Assembly: GCA_001179505.1 (NCBI GenBank)
Contig: CDMY01000370.1
Coordinates: 33,513-97,512, forward strand
Source: Vitrella brassicaformis CCMP3155
Lineage: Eukaryota > Protista > Chromerida
Direction: 5' to 3'
DNA: 64,000 nucleotides
Made by a program: the position numbers and the translations under genes. Below the pieces are notes generated by a model. It was not told the origin of the DNA. It did no database searches and saw nothing but the letters and a program-made list of their open reading frames with translations. Positions 61,901 through 64,000 of the stretch are shown one piece after another (positions within the stretch are counted from its first letter, which is position 1; every line of letters begins with the position of its first letter).

Positions 61901-63443
61901 ACTTGGAGAGCTCGCTTGAGGAGCTCCGTGAGGAGAACGACCGGCTACAGAAGGAACGAGACGACTGGTACCTAACAAATACACACCATACCATTGCCCC
62001 TTGCTTCTCACCTCACCGACCCACCCACGTATTCACCATAGGCGTGTCAAGGCGGAGCGGCGTGCGGCCACAAGTGCCGCCCAGGCCAACAGCAAGGCGG
62101 CCGGCGGAGGCGATGTCGCCGCTGCCTATTCCTACCCAGGCACTCTCGCGGAGCTCACGGCGGACCTGCCACCACTGGACGTCGCCCACGAGCCACCGGC
62201 AGCCAGCATTCGGGCGAACAAGGGCCGTTCGACGTTTGTTGCTGAGGGCGTCAAGAGCGCCCAGCGGTATGAAGCGATGCAGCGGGGCTGCTACGTCATG
62301 AAGATCGGGCCTAACGTCAGGAGCCGCCTCAAAGCCATCAGGGCCTTCACACGCAACAAGAGATTCATATGGCTCAGGTAGGTAGGTCGGAGTGTCCTTG
62401 GGAAAATGAGGAGGTAATCAATCGCTCGGCCGTCTGTCTGTCTGTCTGTCTGTCGATGAGCAACCTTTCGTTCAGTGAGGATTATCGGTATGTGTATTGG
62501 TCGAACGATCCGAAGGCCAAGGACTTCTACGCCATCCGAGACGACAAAGAGGAGCCAGTCGACGACACAGGGGCGGGGGTGCTGCAGAGCCTGCAGAGAG
62601 CTTCCTCAATCATCACTGGCGGGGGGCCGAAGTTCATCCCTCTAGAGGTCGCGGGGCAAGTGCACCCACTCACGGCCATCTGGATGGATGGATGGATGGA
62701 TGGTATCAGGCTGTGACGAGGTTCGAGTACGGCGAGAACAGCAGGGCGTTCCGTCTGCAGGAGTTCCGTTCTGACCGGGACTCGCCTCACCTATGCTTCT
62801 CCGTCTACACTGTGGCACGATCTCTGGACTTCGTCGCGTCTGCCGAGAAAGACATCGAGACGTGAGTGAGGGGAGGGAGACAGACAAACGACGTGCAGAC
62901 CGAGAGAGACACCATCTGTTCAATGTGTGTGTGTGTGTGTGTATGTGGGTGTGTGTGGTTTAGGTGGGTGGTAGGCCTCAGCTCGCTGATCCCCTACCAG
63001 CCCGGCCGCGAATTCTATACAATCGAGTCAGTGTCGTTCGTTCCCAACAACACACACAAACAGAATGAATGCATCACCCCTACGCCCGCGATATATATGT
63101 CTGCCTGTGTCTCTCTGTCTCTGTCGCCAGTGAGCTTCGCCTGAAGAAGTGTTTGCTGAAGATGGAGTACACCAACGCCGGCGTGGCGGCATGCTCCATC
63201 AACCAGACAGACCCCCCATCAGCAGCACATCCTGCCCCCCCAACAGCCACAGCAGCAGCAGGAGGTCCAGCCAGGCCCCAGGTGCCGCCGATGAAGCCAC
63301 TGCCCAAGTCGGGAGGGAACGCACAGAAGAGTCAGGGGGGCGGAGATAGCCCTGGCAGACATGCCAAGGAGAGTCCGGGGCGGGGTGGGGCTAAGGATAG
63401 CCCGGGGAGGGCCAAGAAGGAAAGCCCCAGGAGACACAAGTAA
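58946..63443 (+). CDS. Coiled-coil protein with possible degenerate EF-hand region and a C-terminal PLC-delta/Mcp5-type PH domain
   Basis: Long heptad exons. PH-like GCYVMKIG...RNKRFIWL|...SEDYRYVYWS...VTRFEYGENSRAF...CFSVYTVARSLDFVASAEKDIET|WVVGLSSLI. The 5' exon MSGVRSALTKQPT splices in frame. Confidence 0.7.
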
Positions 63444-64000
63444 GCCTTGTCATGGGCAAATGAGTGCCGTGCGGCAGGCAGGTCTTTTTTGTGTGCGTGA
63501 GTGTGTTTCATGTGATTGATGTGGCGGGTGGGTCACCACAGCCGCCTGTGTGTGTGTGTGTGCGTGTGGGTACGGCGGGCGTGGTGGATGGAAGAGACAA
63601 GACAGACACCCCATTGCTGATTTATTTGCATTTGTCTGTCTTTCAACTATTCAATTTCGATACATACGGACCGGAAGAGTCCTTTCTGTCCCACGTACCA
63701 TCCATCCATGTATGTGTGTACATACAGATATCGACACAGCACAGAGAGAGGCAGCACACATATGAGAGAGAGAGAGAGGCACAGAGAGAGGGGGGCACCG
63801 CACCGGGTAAGGGAAGGTAGAGGGGAGGGAGGCACCAGCCTAGGAGGGAGGGAAAGCTACACACACAGAGGCAGGCATGGATCAATGTCTGTCTGCAGGG
63901 ATACAGGCACGAGATGCATCTCTAGCTTTCTTGCTTGCTTGCTCAACCAACAGGACAATCAATCGCTACAAAACACCTCAGCTCCTCCCTGCGTCAGTCA

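Noticed and set aside
1-64000. Hundreds of 60-150 aa ORFs containing MDGWMDG, CVCVCV, SVCLSV, THTHT and similar
   Set aside because: They are translations of intronic microsatellites or antisense shadows of GC-rich exons, not genes.

Overview
Intron-rich, GC-rich eukaryotic genomic DNA with short GT-AG introns full of TG/TCTG/GATG/CACA microsatellites and two 300-N scaffold gaps. A bipartite-leader plastid PDH E1-alpha, a flagellar PF20/SPAG16 and the intron style suggest a photosynthetic alveolate such as the chromerid Vitrella (inference). About 17 intact multi-exon genes can be modelled. These include two CCCH zinc-finger proteins (one with a RING), SDHAF3/ACN9, plastid pdhA, an APC amino-acid/polyamine permease, SPAG16, a Cir_N splicing factor, a class I/II aminotransferase, a large secreted alpha/beta-hydrolase, a PLAC8 protein and a coiled-coil/PH protein. 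The ~17-30 kb interval is an unstable, mostly intron-poor zone of duplicated modules and frameshifted relics. It holds a putatively secreted pseudokinase, a helical-repeat/RAP-like pseudogene and a chimera in which a diverged copy of the pdhA promoter and signal-peptide start is joined to a duplicated neighbouring gene. Other oddities are a Cir_N + SLU7-motif fusion, a 1-nt frameshift inside a RING domain, a decayed HDAC fragment and a 13-nt microexon. Gene spans include introns and were read by eye. No database search was run. No rRNA, tRNA, CRISPR array or recognisable transposase was found.
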